Assembly: GCA_965219445.1 (NCBI GenBank)
Contig: CBDCNQ010000005.1
Location: 96,001 to 160,000, forward strand
Reading direction: 5' to 3'
DNA from: Longimicrobiales bacterium
GTDB taxonomy: Bacteria; Gemmatimonadota; Gemmatimonadetes; Longimicrobiales; Gaopeijiaceae
Length of the DNA: 64,000 nt
Position 1 is the stretch's first letter, and each line of letters starts with the position of its first letter. Shown here piece after piece: positions 20,336 to 31,379 of this stretch. Under the pieces are notes generated by a model, which was given only the letters and a program-made list of their open reading frames with translations, did no database searches and was not told the origin of the DNA. The translations under genes and the position numbers were made by a program.

Positions 20336-20651
20336 ACTAGAAGCACCTTGGCGATGGTTTGGAGTTGCATATTGGTCGTGCCCTCGTAGATCGTGCCGAT
20401 CTTCGAATCGCGATAAAATTTTTCAACAGAGTACTCCTTGGTGAATCCATACGCACCGTACAGGTCGATACACAAAGAAGTCACCTTCTGTGCCATCCGC
20501 GAGGAATGTAGCTTAGCCATCGCTGCCGGCACCAGGAAGTCCTCGCCGGTGTCCCTGAGCCGAGCAGCGTTTCGATCCCCATGAGACCCAGCTCGAAGAG
20601 CGAAGTCAAGGCGGGATGGATGGCGGAATCGGTCTTTGTGAACGTGTCCAT
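20332..20651 (-). pseudogene. Acyl-CoA dehydrogenase relic with two large internal deletions
   Basis: Reads MDTFTKTDSAIHPALTSL, then FELGLMGIE, then shifts frame to the C-terminus NAARL...AAMAKL...GAYGFTKEYSVEKFYRDSKIGTIYEGTTNMQLQTIAK. It is only about 320 bp, against about 1.15 kb typical for the family. Confidence 0.85.
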
Positions 20652-20806
20652 GTTCTCTATCTTTCGCGCCTAGATCCCTCTGAAATTGTCGCAAAATCCG
20701 ATTCTCGAAAAAGCTATCCGAATGCGCTGGACGTGCAAAGGCGGGAGTCCGCCTCTGCAGTGCCGGCCTCATGCCACTCTTTGAGACACTTTAGCCTGGA
20801 GAAGTG

Positions 20807-21196
20807 ATGTCCGAATTCCCCGATGGACTGAGATACACGGAGGAGCATGAGTATCTGACGGCGACCGATGAGAGCGGTGTATATCGAGTCGGGATTACGG
20901 ACTATGCCCAGGGGGAGTTGGGGGACATCGTGTACGTGGAGTTATCCGCGGTTGGGGAAAGCCTTGGAAAGAGGGCCACGTTTGGCACGATCGAGGCCGT
21001 CAAGGCGGTGAGCGATTTGTACTGTCCGGTTGCCGGCGAGATCGTTTCGGTGAACGAGTCGCTGGAAGCTGATCCATCGTCCGTAAACAGCGATCCGTAT
21101 GGTGCTGGTTGGATGATTCGGCTGCGCGTGGATGACACGGCTGAGGTAGATGCTCTTTTGGACGCCGCGGCCTATCGGGCCTTCGTGGGCGAGTAA
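20807..21196 (+). CDS. gcvH: Glycine cleavage system H protein
   Basis: Motifs YTEEHEY, GITDYAQGELGDIVYVEL, lipoyl-Lys motif EAVKAVSD and DPYGAGW. Confidence 0.97.
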   Translation: MSEFPDGLRYTEEHEYLTATDESGVYRVGITDYAQGELGDIVYVELSAVGESLGKRATFGTIEAVKAVSDLYCPVAGEIVSVNESLEADPSSVNSDPYGAGWMIRLRVDDTAEVDALLDAAAYRAFVGE

Positions 21197-21205
21197 CTGC
21201 TCGAA

Positions 21206-24118
21206 ATGTCCTCTGAAATAGAGTCGGAGAGTCGGTTTACCAGCCGGCATATCGGGCTGCGGCCTCCTGATGTCGAGCGGATGTTGGGGTCCATGGGTCT
21301 CGGCAGTCTGGAGGAACTCATCGATCAGACCCTTCCCGAGTCCATCCGGCTGAAGAGCGAGCTTGACCTTCCAGAGGCGTCTTCCGAAGACGAGCTCCTA
21401 GGCCGACTTCAGGAAATCGGGGCCCTGAATCGGGTGTTTCGGTCGTATATCGGGATGGGATACCACGATACGATCGTTCCCGGCGTCATCCAGAGAAACA
21501 TCCTGGAAAATCCTGGCTGGTATACTCAGTACACGCCCTATCAGGCCGAGATTTCACAGGGACGTCTCGAGGCACTTCTGAACTTCCAGACGACGGTGAT
21601 CGACCTCACAGGGATGGAGATCGCCAACGCCTCGCTTCTGGACGAGGCCACAGCGGCCGCTGAGGCGATGACCATGCTCTTCGGCGAAGCAAAGGATGAG
21701 GCCCGTACGATTTTCTTCGTGTCGCAGGATTGTCATCCGCAGACGATAGAGGTCGTTCGGGGTCGGGCCGAGCCATTGCGGATTGAGGTCATGGTCGGCG
21801 TCTACGACAACGTCGATCTCAAGACACACGGGGACCAAATCTTCGGAGGCCTGGTGCAGTATCCGGCGAGCGACGGTGCGCTTCACGATTACGGCGCGTT
21901 CTGTGCGACCTTCCATGAGTGGGGTGCGGGGGTGGTTGTGGCCGCAGACCTGATGGCGCTGACCCTCCTCATGCCTCCGGGAGAGTTCGGCGCCGATGTT
22001 GCCGTTGGGAACACACAGCGATTCGGCGTCCCCATGGGGTACGGCGGCCCCCACGCCGCGTATTTCGCGGCGAAGGAGAGGTTCAAGCGCAGGCTGCCGG
22101 GCCGTATCATCGGCGTATCGGTCGACGCGGATGGAGACCCGGCCCTCCGGATGGCGCTCCAGACTCGCGAGCAGCACATCCGAAGGGAGAAGGCGACGTC
22201 CAATATCTGCACCGCGCAGGTGCTCTTGGCGATCATGGCCGGCATGTACGCCGTGTATCATGGGCCCGACGGTTTACGCGATATCGCGCAAAGGATCCAT
22301 CGATTGACCGCGACCCTGGCGCATGGCCTCCGCGAACTCGGCCATACGCTCGTCCACGATCGCTTCTTCGATACGATCCAGGTGGTGCCTTCGGAGATGT
22401 CGGGGGAGGACATTCTGCGGCGGGCGTTGGATGTAGAAATCAATCTTCGGGACTTCGGGGACGGGACGGTCGGCATCGCGCTCGACGAGACGACCCGGCC
22501 GGAAGACATCGACGATCTCTTCGACGTGTTCAGCCATGGCGGCCCGCGGGGAGGGGGTGTGAAACTCCGCGCGGAAAGGGTGTCCGAAGAAGCGCTCTCC
22601 GCCATCCCCGACGATCTGACCCGCACGTCTCCGATACTCGAACACCCAGTCTTCCATCGGTATCGCTCCGAGACCGAGATGCTCCGGTACTTACACCGCC
22701 TGGAGAGTCGGGATCTTTCGCTCAACACCAGCATGATCCCACTCGGATCCTGTACGATGAAGCTCAACGCGACCACCGAGATGGTGCCTGTTACATGGAA
22801 GGTCTTCGGAGGGCTCCATCCGTTCGCACCGCCGGACCAAGCCGAAGGATACCGGCGGGTCTTCTCGGATCTGGAGGGCTGGTTGGCGGAGATCAGCGGG
22901 TTTGCGGCCACGTCCCTCCAACCCAACTCGGGTGCCCAGGGGGAGTACGCCGGATTACGGGTGATCCGGGCGTTACATGAGAGCCGGGGAGAGCCGCGCC
23001 GCAGCGTCTGCCTGATACCCTCGTCCGCGCACGGAACCAATCCGGCCAGCGCAGTGATGGCGGGCATGAGTGTCGTGGTCGTCCAGTGTGACCAATCCGG
23101 CAACATCGACGTGGAGGATCTCGCCGCGAAGGCCGAAGCGCATGCCTCCGAGCTTGCGGCCTTCATGGTCACCTATCCGTCGACCCACGGTGTGTTCGAG
23201 TCCCGTATCCGTGAGATTTGCGACATCGTCCACCGCAACGGGGGGCGTGTCTACCTGGACGGTGCCAACCTGAATGCCCAGGTGGGTTTGTGCCGGCCCG
23301 GTGACTACGGTGCCGACGTCTGTCATATCAATCTCCACAAGACATTCGCGATCCCGCACGGTGGGGGAGGGCCGGGGATGGGCCCGATCTGTGTCACGTC
23401 GGAGTTGGCTCCTTTTCTTCCCGGGCATCCGAATTTGGACGGCGTCGCGGAGCAGGCCATCCCGGCTGTGTCGGCGGCCCCCTGGGGGAGCAGCAGTATT
23501 CTCTTGGTCTCCTGGGCGTACATCGCGCTCCTCGGAAGAGACGGTGCGCGCAGAGCCACGGAAGCGGCAATCCTCAGTGCCAACTACATGGCGAACCGCC
23601 TCGGAGAACGGTTCGAGATACTCTACAGGGGGGAGAACGGCCGTGTGGCACACGAGTTCATTCTGGACCTTCGTCCACTGAAGAAGGCGAGCGGGATCAC
23701 AGACGAGGATGTCGCCAAACGGTTGATGGACTACGGATTCCACGCGCCGACCATGTCGTTCCCGGTGGTGGGAACGATGATGGTAGAGCCCACGGAGAGC
23801 GAGTCGAAATACGAGTTGGACCGGTTCTGCGAGGCGCTGTTTGTGATTCGAGACGAGATCGACGCCGTCGTGTCGGGGGAGGCTGACCCGGAAGACAACG
23901 TGCTCAAGAATGCTCCCCATAGCGCTGCCATGCTCATGACCGAGAAGTGGGAGCATGGCTACTCGCGCGAGCAGGCGGCCTACCCGGCTCCTTGGACTCG
24001 AGAGCATAAGTATTGGCCTCCGGTCCGGAGGGTGGATAACGCCCATGGAGACCGGAACCTGGTGTGTGCATGTCCCCCGGTTGAGGCTTATGCTGAGAAA
24101 CCCGCCCCGGGCGACTGA
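21206..24118 (+). CDS. gcvP: Glycine dehydrogenase (single-chain P protein)
   Basis: Motifs [35 protein letters not shown], and the PLP-Lys motif [17 protein letters not shown]. Confidence 0.98.
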   Translation: MSSEIESESRFTSRHIGLRPPDVERMLGSMGLGSLEELIDQTLPESIRLKSELDLPEASSEDELLGRLQEIGALNRVFRSYIGMGYHDTIVPGVIQRNILENPGWYTQYTPYQAEISQGRLEALLNFQTTVIDLTGMEIANASLLDEATAAAEAMTMLFGEAKDEARTIFFVSQDCHPQTIEVVRGRAEPLRIEVMVGVYDNVDLKTHGDQIFGGLVQYPASDGALHDYGAFCATFHEWGAGVVVAADLMALTLLMPPGEFGADVAVGNTQRFGVPMGYGGPHAAYFAAKERFKRRLPGRIIGVSVDADGDPALRMALQTREQHIRREKATSNICTAQVLLAIMAGMYAVYHGPDGLRDIAQRIHRLTATLAHGLRELGHTLVHDRFFDTIQVVPSEMSGEDILRRALDVEINLRDFGDGTVGIALDETTRPEDIDDLFDVFSHGGPRGGGVKLRAERVSEEALSAIPDDLTRTSPILEHPVFHRYRSETEMLRYLHRLESRDLSLNTSMIPLGSCTMKLNATTEMVPVTWKVFGGLHPFAPPDQAEGYRRVFSDLEGWLAEISGFAATSLQPNSGAQGEYAGLRVIRALHESRGEPRRSVCLIPSSAHGTNPASAVMAGMSVVVVQCDQSGNIDVEDLAAKAEAHASELAAFMVTYPSTHGVFESRIREICDIVHRNGGRVYLDGANLNAQVGLCRPGDYGADVCHINLHKTFAIPHGGGGPGMGPICVTSELAPFLPGHPNLDGVAEQAIPAVSAAPWGSSSILLVSWAYIALLGRDGARRATEAAILSANYMANRLGERFEILYRGENGRVAHEFILDLRPLKKASGITDEDVAKRLMDYGFHAPTMSFPVVGTMMVEPTESESKYELDRFCEALFVIRDEIDAVVSGEADPEDNVLKNAPHSAAMLMTEKWEHGYSREQAAYPAPWTREHKYWPPVRRVDNAHGDRNLVCACPPVEAYAEKPAPGD

Positions 24119-24221
24119 GGCCGCGACGCCACGATCCTCAGAGAAAATAGTTCGCCGCGAGTGGTGAAGGATCACCGTGAGCGGCTGAAGCTCATTCAAG
24201 GCACACGAGGAGACGTTCAAC

Positions 24222-24911
24222 ATGGCAACGCTCGACTACTATGGTCACGCCACGTTCGGCCTCACGAACGATGACGGGACCCGGGTGATCATCGATCCGT
24301 TCTTCGGGGACAATCCCTGGACCGAGGTGAGCCCGTCCGAGGTCGAGGCCGACTTCATTTTCTGTACACATGGCCACTACGACCATTTCGTGGACGCGAT
24401 CGAAATCGCCAAGAACACCGGTGCCACGGTGGTGGGCACGTTCGAGCTCGTGGAATACGTGCAGAGCCAGGGAGTGGAGAACGCTCATCCGATGCATATC
24501 GACGGCGGCTGGGACTTTCCGTTTGGGCGCGTGAAGATGACAGTCGCCATACACGGTGGCAGGGTCTACGGAGAAGGTGCCGAGGGCTACACGTCCAACC
24601 CGGCGGGACTGATCTTTCACCTCGGTCCGGGAAAGCGGGTGTACCATGCGGGCGATACCGCCCTCACGATGGACATGCAGCTTCTGAAGGGAAAGGTCGA
24701 CGTGGCTCTGCTGCCAATGGGGGACAACTTCACCATGGGCCCGGAGGACGCGGTGACTGCGATCGAGTTCATCGAGCCCTCCGTGGTGATCCCGATCCAC
24801 TACAACACTTGGCCCTACATCGAGCAGGATGTCGAAGCTTTCGCCTCCCTCGTCGGCGACCGTGCTCGTGTTGAAATCCTCGAGCCCGGAAAGGGATCGT
24901 ACGAGCTTTGA
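24222..24911 (+). CDS. MBL-fold metal-dependent hydrolase (UPF0173-like)
   Basis: Motifs GHATF, IDPF, THGHYDH, YHAGDT, DNFTMG and IPIHYNT. Confidence 0.9.
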   Translation: MATLDYYGHATFGLTNDDGTRVIIDPFFGDNPWTEVSPSEVEADFIFCTHGHYDHFVDAIEIAKNTGATVVGTFELVEYVQSQGVENAHPMHIDGGWDFPFGRVKMTVAIHGGRVYGEGAEGYTSNPAGLIFHLGPGKRVYHAGDTALTMDMQLLKGKVDVALLPMGDNFTMGPEDAVTAIEFIEPSVVIPIHYNTWPYIEQDVEAFASLVGDRARVEILEPGKGSYEL

Positions 24912-25810
24912 CGCCCGCCTCGGGTTTTGCGCCGCCGGGTTCGACGCTACTCAAGCAGGACCGTGGCGCCGCTATGCGGAGGGCGCTCAATATCAAAGCA
25001 CTCGAGTGGAGGGTTCTCGTGGACCGGCCCGCTGCAGGTCCACGGAACATGGCGGTGGATCACGCACTTGCAGCCTGTCTGGGTCCGGGCGAGGCAGTCC
25101 TTCGTATCTACCGGTGGACTGGTCCCACCGTCTCCTTTGGCCGCAACGAGCTTGCCTGTGGCCACTATGATCCGGCCGCGGGGCGCGACGCCGGTATCGA
25201 GTTCGTACGCAGGCCGACGGGTGGACGGGCCGTGTTGCACGACCGGGAACTCACCTATTCCGTTGTCCTTCCGCTCGAGATCGGGGTGGGGCTCAGGGCG
25301 ACGTACCGGCTGATCAATCGAGGGCTGGTGAAAGCCCTGTGTTCCTTGGGAGTTCCGGCTGTGATGGCCGAGGAGCGAGGCGCGCCCGCAGATCTGGGAT
25401 CCGGGCCCTGTTTTGACGAGCCCGCCCCCGGCGAGATAACGGTGGCCGGAAGAAAGCTTGTCGGAAGTGCGCAGGCGAGGCTCGAGGGGGTGATTCTCCA
25501 GCATGGCTCGCTGCTCATCGGTGCGGGCCAGGAGCGCCTGCTCGGGTTGGTCTCGACATCCGCAGTCTCCGGGACGGGGGGAGGACCCATCGAGCCCGGG
25601 AAGTACGGGCGTGTTCGGGCCCCGATCTCCCTCGAAGAAGTGCTGGGCCGTGAACCATCCTGGTCGCATCTTGTAGCGGCGGTCATCGCCGGCTTGTGCG
25701 GCGTGACAGGCGGCGACTGGCGGCCCGGCGAACTCTCGGGGGCCGAGCGGGTCAAATCCATGGAGCTCACGGAGCGGTACGCCTCGGCAGAGTGGACGTG
25801 GCGCCGGTAG
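24908..25810 (+). CDS. Lipoate-protein ligase / octanoyltransferase (LipM/LplA family)
   Basis: Motifs NMAVD, VRRPTGGRAVLH, ELTYSV, CF, KLVGSAQ and LQHGS. Downstream of gcvH-gcvP. Start is uncertain. Confidence 0.88.
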   Translation: MTPASGFAPPGSTLLKQDRGAAMRRALNIKALEWRVLVDRPAAGPRNMAVDHALAACLGPGEAVLRIYRWTGPTVSFGRNELACGHYDPAAGRDAGIEFVRRPTGGRAVLHDRELTYSVVLPLEIGVGLRATYRLINRGLVKALCSLGVPAVMAEERGAPADLGSGPCFDEPAPGEITVAGRKLVGSAQARLEGVILQHGSLLIGAGQERLLGLVSTSAVSGTGGGPIEPGKYGRVRAPISLEEVLGREPSWSHLVAAVIAGLCGVTGGDWRPGELSGAERVKSMELTERYASAEWTWRR

Positions 25811-25916
25811 GGAAGCCGTAGCCCGGGAAGCATTGGATGGACGTATCGCAGGAAACGGAGGGGCAGGCGTAGTGAGTTAGGCGCACGGGCAACTTGGCTC
25901 AAGTGAGGAGGCGGAC

Positions 25917-27687
25917 ATGAGGGACATTCGCTTGAAGGCGTCGATTCTGGGGATTGCGGCGGCTGGGCTGATGGGAGCATGCGGGGGCGGAGACGGTGGG
26001 GCATCCCGTGAAGCTGGACCCTGGATGCTGGAAGCCTCGTTGTCCGAGGCCGGAGCGGGCATCCCGTTTTGTGAGGAGGTCACCGCTCGCGTCTCGGAGT
26101 TCATGTCTCAGTTTGAAGGGCAGATGCCCCCGTCCGAGCTCTATGGCGGCGCGGCGGTCATCGGTTCGATCGGCGAGATCCCCGACGGGATGAACAATCA
26201 TATCTCTCAGGGCTACAGCGCGTCCCAGCACCAGAACTTCGTGAACCTCATGACCCTGGTGCAGTACGACGAGGGTCTGAATCCGATACCCTACCTAGCC
26301 GAGTCGTGGGAGGTGTCGGACGACGGCACGGAGGTCACGTTTCACATTCGAGCTGACGTCTATTGGCACGACGGCGAGCTGACGGATGCATACGATGTGG
26401 CCTATACGTTCAAACGTGCGATCGATCCCGAGACGGCCTTCCCCAACGCCGCGTTCTGGACCCACTACGATCAGGGACCCGACGGCGTGGAAGTGGTCGA
26501 CTCATTCACGGTGAAGTTTGGCATGCGGCCCCATGCCGACTTCATGGACCCCTGGCGGGCCACGGCGATCATGCCCGAGCACCTGCTCAAAGATGTGCCC
26601 TCCGCCGCGTTGAGCCAGCACCCTTATGGCATGGTCTGCCCGGTAAGGCAATGGACCGTTCGTATTCGTGGAGCACCGCCAGGACGCGAGTTGGACCTTC
26701 CAGGCGAACCGGTCCTTTCCTGATGGCCTCGGTGGTCGCCCTTACCTCGATCGTTACATCTATCGAAGCATCACCGAGCAGACGACGCTCCTCACCGAGT
26801 TGTTGACGGCGCGGTTGGACGTTTACGTCGGCCCCACACCCGATCAGGCCCAAGCCATCATTGATTCGGATGTGGCGAACCTCACGCGGTATCCCTCCCG
26901 GCAATACACTTTCGTTGGGTGGAACTCACGCCGCCCACAGCTCTCCGACAAGAGGGTGCGCCAAGCGCTTACAAAAGGCACGAACCGGCAGGAGATCGTG
27001 GACGCCTTGCAGCAGGGCTACGGAACGGTGGCGAACGGGAGCGTTCCGCCATTCCATTGGGCGCACGACCCCTCAATAGGCAGGGAGGCCATGGAGTACG
27101 ATCAGGATGCTGCCAGGGCCTTGCTCGATGCCGCAGGTTGGGTGGATCGGGACGGAGACGGCGTTCGTGAGAACGGCGACGGCGATCGGCTTTCCATCTC
27201 CATCAAGTACAATGATGGGAATGATACTCGACAGGGTATCGCGGAGATCATGCAGGCGCAGCTGGCCGAAATCGGTGTCGAGGTCACGCCGAGGGTGGTC
27301 GAATGGGCTACCCTACTCAGCCAGATCAGCGACCCGACCCTTCGTGACTTCGATGGTGTGGTTATGGGTTGGGTGGCCGAGTACAAATTGGATGACACCG
27401 ACCTTCTTCACAGCAGGAATCTCTCTGGGGTTTACGCTTTTTCTGGCACTCGTCGCCCAGATATCGACAACCTCCTGGACCAGTTGCCCCTGGTCGTTGA
27501 CCGGACGGACGCGAAGCCGCTGTGGAGGCAATACCAAGAACTTCTGGTAGACGAGCAGCCCTACACATTTTTCTTTTTCCCCGACCGGCTCGACGGTGTG
27601 AGCAATCGGCTCCGCGGTGTGGAGATGGACTCGCGCGGCGAATGGCTGAACATCAAGGATTGGTGGGTTCCTGCCGACCAACGATGA
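25917..27687 (+). pseudogene. Family-5 peptide ABC substrate-binding lipoprotein, frameshifted
   Basis: Lipobox MGAC, PYLAESWEVSDDG and WHDG. An extra A at 26645-26646 breaks the conserved PVGNGPF motif. The C-terminal half (DKRVRQAL, DRDGDG.RE) is in ORF 26668-27687. Confidence 0.88.
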
Positions 27688-27729
27688 CGAGCTCCGGACC
27701 CGTGAAGGCCGACGCGTAGAGAGCGGGCC

Positions 27730-28019
27730 GTGAGAACCTTCGTTGTGCGGCGGCTCCTCGGCGCCATTCCCCTCGTTCTCGGCATCGCCACGATCATTTT
27801 TTTCGTGGTGAACCTCGCACCGGGCGACCCCGCGCTGCGGTTCATGGGCCCCAATATGTCGCAGGAGGCCATCGAACAGATCCGTGTCAACCTCGGCCTC
27901 GATCAGCCCATTCATATTCGCTACGTGCGATGGCTCGGGGCGCTTGCCCAAGGGGACCTCGGTGTCTCGTTTACGCACAATCGACCGGTCCTGGACGTCA
28001 TCAAAGAACTTCTGCCCAA
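27730..28019 (+). pseudogene. OppB/DppB-type permease, 5' fragment
   Basis: RRLLGAIP...LAPGDP...GLDQP...GDLGVSF...V...LP, interrupted at CTGCCCAA by IS110 sequence. Confidence 0.9.
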
Positions 28020-28186
28020 GAGCTAGGATCAAAGGCATCATAGGGGCATGGCGACCGCTACCGGTACCGATCAGCAGCGAAGCAGCCCGAAGACGAAGAG
28101 GCGTTCTCCTCCGGGAGCGGGTGCGCGTTCATCATTATTCGCGCAAGCAAGCAACCCAACCCGTCCTACCCAAGAGGAGGATGCCC

Positions 28187-28955
28187 ATGGAGAGGTATAT
28201 CGGACTCGACGCACACGCGTCGAGCTGCACGCTGGGGATTGTAGGCCCCAGCGGCAAGCGCTTGGGCTCGCAGGTGGTGGAGACGAACGCGCGGGCGCTG
28301 ATCGAGGTGCTGCGAGGGATTCCGAGGAACCGGCACTTATGCCTGGAAGAAGGGACGCTGTCGGGGTGGCTGTACGAGGTGCTGAAGCCGCACGTGGAGG
28401 AGCTGACGGTGGCGGGGGTCGGCAAGAGCCGGGGCCCGAAGACCGACAAGCTGGACGCGTTTGCCCTGGCGGAGAAGCTGCGGATCGGATCACTGGAGAC
28501 GACGGTCTACAAGAACCGGGGCCAGTTCAGGCGGCTGGGGGAACGGGCGAAGAGCTACGACTTCTTGGTCGGCGACACGGTGCGGGTGAAGAACCGGCTC
28601 AAGAGCGTGCTGCGCTCGAGAGGAGTGGCCTACGGCGCGGGGCGCTCGGTCTACTTAAAGCGCGACCGGGAGGAGTGGTTGGCCAAGCTGCCGGAAGCGA
28701 GCAGGACGACGGCCGGGTTGCTGTACGAGGAGCACGACGCACTCGTGGCATTGAGGGCGAAGGCCGAGAAGGCGTTGCTTGCCGGTGGTGGTGACGCCGT
28801 ACCGGTTCCAGAGCCGGAGCAGGTTCTGGGCGTACTGCGGACTGGGCGTCGTGATGCGGAGCTCGTCGGACTTGGCGGAAGCACGCAAGCATCGAGAGTG
28901 GCATGTGCTGAAGACGTGCCCGGGTCTGGGTCCGATCCGGACGGCGGAGCTCCTC
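28187..28955 (+). pseudogene. IS110 DEDD transposase/recombinase, partial with permuted segments
   Basis: Motifs YIGLDAH, LEEG and KTDKLDA (DEDD RuvC-like). RFWAYCGLGVVMRSSSD occurs before LKTCPGLGPIRTAELL, the reverse of the normal order. The C-terminus is missing. Confidence 0.9.
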
Positions 28956-29125
28956 ATCATCAGCGCCAGCCAAAATGACGGCATGGAGTAAAAGAAGAGA
29001 CCCACGATGGAGGCGACCGAATCCAGCAGGGAGTACTGGCGCACGGCCTGGACAATGCCGAGCAGGATCCCGAGGACAAACGCGACGCCGATGGCGCTGA
29101 CGGAGAGGAGCAGTGTATTGGGCAG
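28954..29125 (-). pseudogene. Inverted internal fragment of the oppB permease
   Basis: The minus strand reads LPNTLLLSVSAIGVAFVLGILLGIVQAVRQYSLLD...FYSMPSFWLALMM, the direct continuation of 27730-28019. Confidence 0.9.
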
Positions 29126-29339
29126 GACTGCGATGCGGACCCTGCGAGCGCACCCCTCCCCACCCTGAGTCGTCGACCGGGCAATCCAAACCAATGCGGA
29201 CGCCGACGGTCAAAAAATGAGCCGACGGCGCGTTCCAGGGGACTGAGGAAAGCGTAGTCGACACTCTGGATGCTGAATTGGACTTCTGGGCGTATTGTTG
29301 ACTCGGTGGGCCCGGTTCGTTGCCGGCTGGAGCGGACCG

Positions 29340-30293
29340 ATGGATCATAAGATTGCCTCACTGACGCTCCTGGCCGGCCTACTTGGCGCATGGGGATGGT
29401 CCATGTTCGACGTGTCGCGCCCTGCCGAGATGAAGCGCAGAGGCACGGGTCAATGGAGTCTCGCCGCGCAGGCGTTCAAGAAGAACCGAATCGCCGTGAT
29501 CGGTGTGATGGTCGTCGTGTGGGTCTACCTGATCGCCCTGGTGACGCCCTTGATCGCTCCACATGACCCGGCTACGCAAGCTTCCCTGTTGACGGCCCGA
29601 TTGGTTGCTCCCGGTGGTGAATTTCCTCTCGGGACGGACCATCTGGCTCGGGACGTCCTCTCACGCATCATGTATGGCGCGCGGATCTCCCTCTCGATCG
29701 GTTTCGTCGCGGTGGGGATAAGCGTCACCATAGGCACGCTGCTCGGAGCGGTGTCCGGTTACTTGGGTGGTTGGGTCGACACCGTGGTGATGCGCTTCGT
29801 CGACATGGTGATCTCCTTTCCGCGTCTGGTGCTTCTCATCGCCATCGTCGCGCTATTCCGATCCAACTCGATCTTCCTGATTATGGCCGTCCTGGGCTTG
29901 ACCCAGTGGCCCGGGACGGCGCGAATCGTTCGTGGCGAAGTCCTCAGTCTGCGGGAGCGGGAATTCATCGAGGCTGCTCGTGCTCTCGGGTTCGGTCGCA
30001 GACGCATCATACTCCGGCATGTGATCCCCAACGCGCTGGCTCCGGTGATCGTCACCGCCACGCTCGGCATTGGAAACGTCATCGTGCTGGAAGCCGGCCT
30101 TTCTTTCCTCGGTCTCGGTCTCCAGCCTCCCACACCTTCATGGGGCTCCATGGTATCGGACGGCCGTGGCTATCTGCTCGACGCTTGGTGGATATCCACG
30201 TTCTCGGGCCTGGCGATCGTGCTCACCGTGGTGGCGTTCAACTTGGTCGGCGATGGCCTGAGAGACGCTCTCGACCCGCGCCTGAGGACGTGA
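29340..30293 (+). CDS. OppC/DppC-type permease (5' end possibly truncated by the IS)
   Basis: Motifs LGTDHLARDVLSRIMYGARISL, the EAA motif REFIEAARALG, EAGLSFLGLG.QPPTPSWG and GDGLRDALDPR. Confidence 0.9.
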   Translation: MDHKIASLTLLAGLLGAWGWSMFDVSRPAEMKRRGTGQWSLAAQAFKKNRIAVIGVMVVVWVYLIALVTPLIAPHDPATQASLLTARLVAPGGEFPLGTDHLARDVLSRIMYGARISLSIGFVAVGISVTIGTLLGAVSGYLGGWVDTVVMRFVDMVISFPRLVLLIAIVALFRSNSIFLIMAVLGLTQWPGTARIVRGEVLSLREREFIEAARALGFGRRRIILRHVIPNALAPVIVTATLGIGNVIVLEAGLSFLGLGLQPPTPSWGSMVSDGRGYLLDAWWISTFSGLAIVLTVVAFNLVGDGLRDALDPRLRT

Positions 30294-30368
30294 TGTGAGA
30301 CGAGACGTGGGAGGACGTGACCTGGAGGGATGTGACGTGGCAGGATGTGACGTGATGGGACGCTGCTG

Positions 30369-31379
30369 ATGCCGCTTCTCGAGGTGACGGATCTCCGCAC
30401 GTACTTCACCACGGACGTCGGCGTGGCGCGTGCGGTCGATGGCGTGGCCCTGCAAGTTGGAGCGGGAGAGACGCTGGGGATTGTCGGGGAGTCGGGGTGC
30501 GGCAAAACGGTGACGGCCCTCTCGGTCTTGGGGCTGATCCCTACGCCTCCCGGCGAGATCGTCTCGGGCAGTTCCATCCGCTTCGACGAAGAGGAACTTC
30601 TGGAGGTAAAACCGGCTCGGCTCCGCGAGATTCGTGGTAACGAGATCTCGATGATCTTCCAGGAGCCGATGACGTCGCTGAATCCGGTCCTCACGGTGGG
30701 GCACCAGATCGAGGAGGTGCTCAGACTGCACCGTGGGTTGAAGAAGCGGGAGGCCCGTGCGGCAGGGGTAGCCCTTCTCGCCGAGGTCGGGATCCCGGAG
30801 CCGGATCAGCGGTTCGACGCCTATCCGCATCAGATGTCGGGTGGAATGCTCCAGCGCGTCATGATCGCCATCGCTCTCTCGTGTGAGCCGCGTCTCTTGA
30901 TCGCCGACGAGCCGACCACGGCCCTCGACGTGACGATTCAGGCACAGATCCTCGATTTACTCGTGAGCTTACAGCGCAGCCATGGAATGGCTCTTCTCCT
31001 CATTACCCACGACCTCGGGGTCATAGCGGAGGTGTGCGATCGGGTGGTGGTCATGTACGGTGGCCAGATCGTGGAGACGGGAACGACGGAGGAGATCCTG
31101 ACCCGCCCCGAACATCCGTACACCCAGGGGTTGCTGGCCTCTCTTCCAGGCATCGGGGACCGTGACGTCCGTCTGAACCCGATTCCTGGTACCGTGCCGA
31201 GTGCGGTGGATTGGCCGGAGGGGTGCCGCTTTCGGGACCGCTGTTCCTTTGCCTGGGGGCGTTGCGCGGAGTCGGCGCCGAATCTGTTGCCGGTGGAGGG
31301 GGGATCGAGCCGGTCGGTTAGATGCTGGCTCGTCGATCCGGATGAATCCTTGAGCGGGCCCGCCGGAGAGGCGACGTGA
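30369..31379 (+). CDS. Peptide ABC transporter ATPase OppD/DppD
   Basis: Motifs [36 protein letters not shown] and C-terminal Cys cluster. Confidence 0.95.
   Translation: MPLLEVTDLRTYFTTDVGVARAVDGVALQVGAGETLGIVGESGCGKTVTALSVLGLIPTPPGEIVSGSSIRFDEEELLEVKPARLREIRGNEISMIFQEPMTSLNPVLTVGHQIEEVLRLHRGLKKREARAAGVALLAEVGIPEPDQRFDAYPHQMSGGMLQRVMIAIALSCEPRLLIADEPTTALDVTIQAQILDLLVSLQRSHGMALLLITHDLGVIAEVCDRVVVMYGGQIVETGTTEEILTRPEHPYTQGLLASLPGIGDRDVRLNPIPGTVPSAVDWPEGCRFRDRCSFAWGRCAESAPNLLPVEGGSSRSVRCWLVDPDESLSGPAGEAT

Larger units (their letters stand above)
28014..29313 (+). mobile_element. IS110-family element, internally scrambled and truncated
   Basis: A non-coding left end precedes the transposase. 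The candidate right end carries TTGACT. Both boundaries share GCCC. The boundaries are inferred. Confidence 0.75.

Noticed and set aside
20416..20432. TTTTTCAACAGAG resembling an IS terminal repeat
   Set aside because: It is the coding sequence for YSVEKF in the acyl-CoA dehydrogenase relic and has no partner repeat.
20332..20772. 146-aa ORF as an intact gene
   Set aside because: Only the last ~80 aa are acyl-CoA dehydrogenase. The true start (20651) is in another frame.
20660..20806. Glycine riboswitch upstream of gcvH-gcvP
   Set aside because: No GGAGA...CCGAAG...CTCTCAGG aptamer pattern is visible, only a short hairpin.
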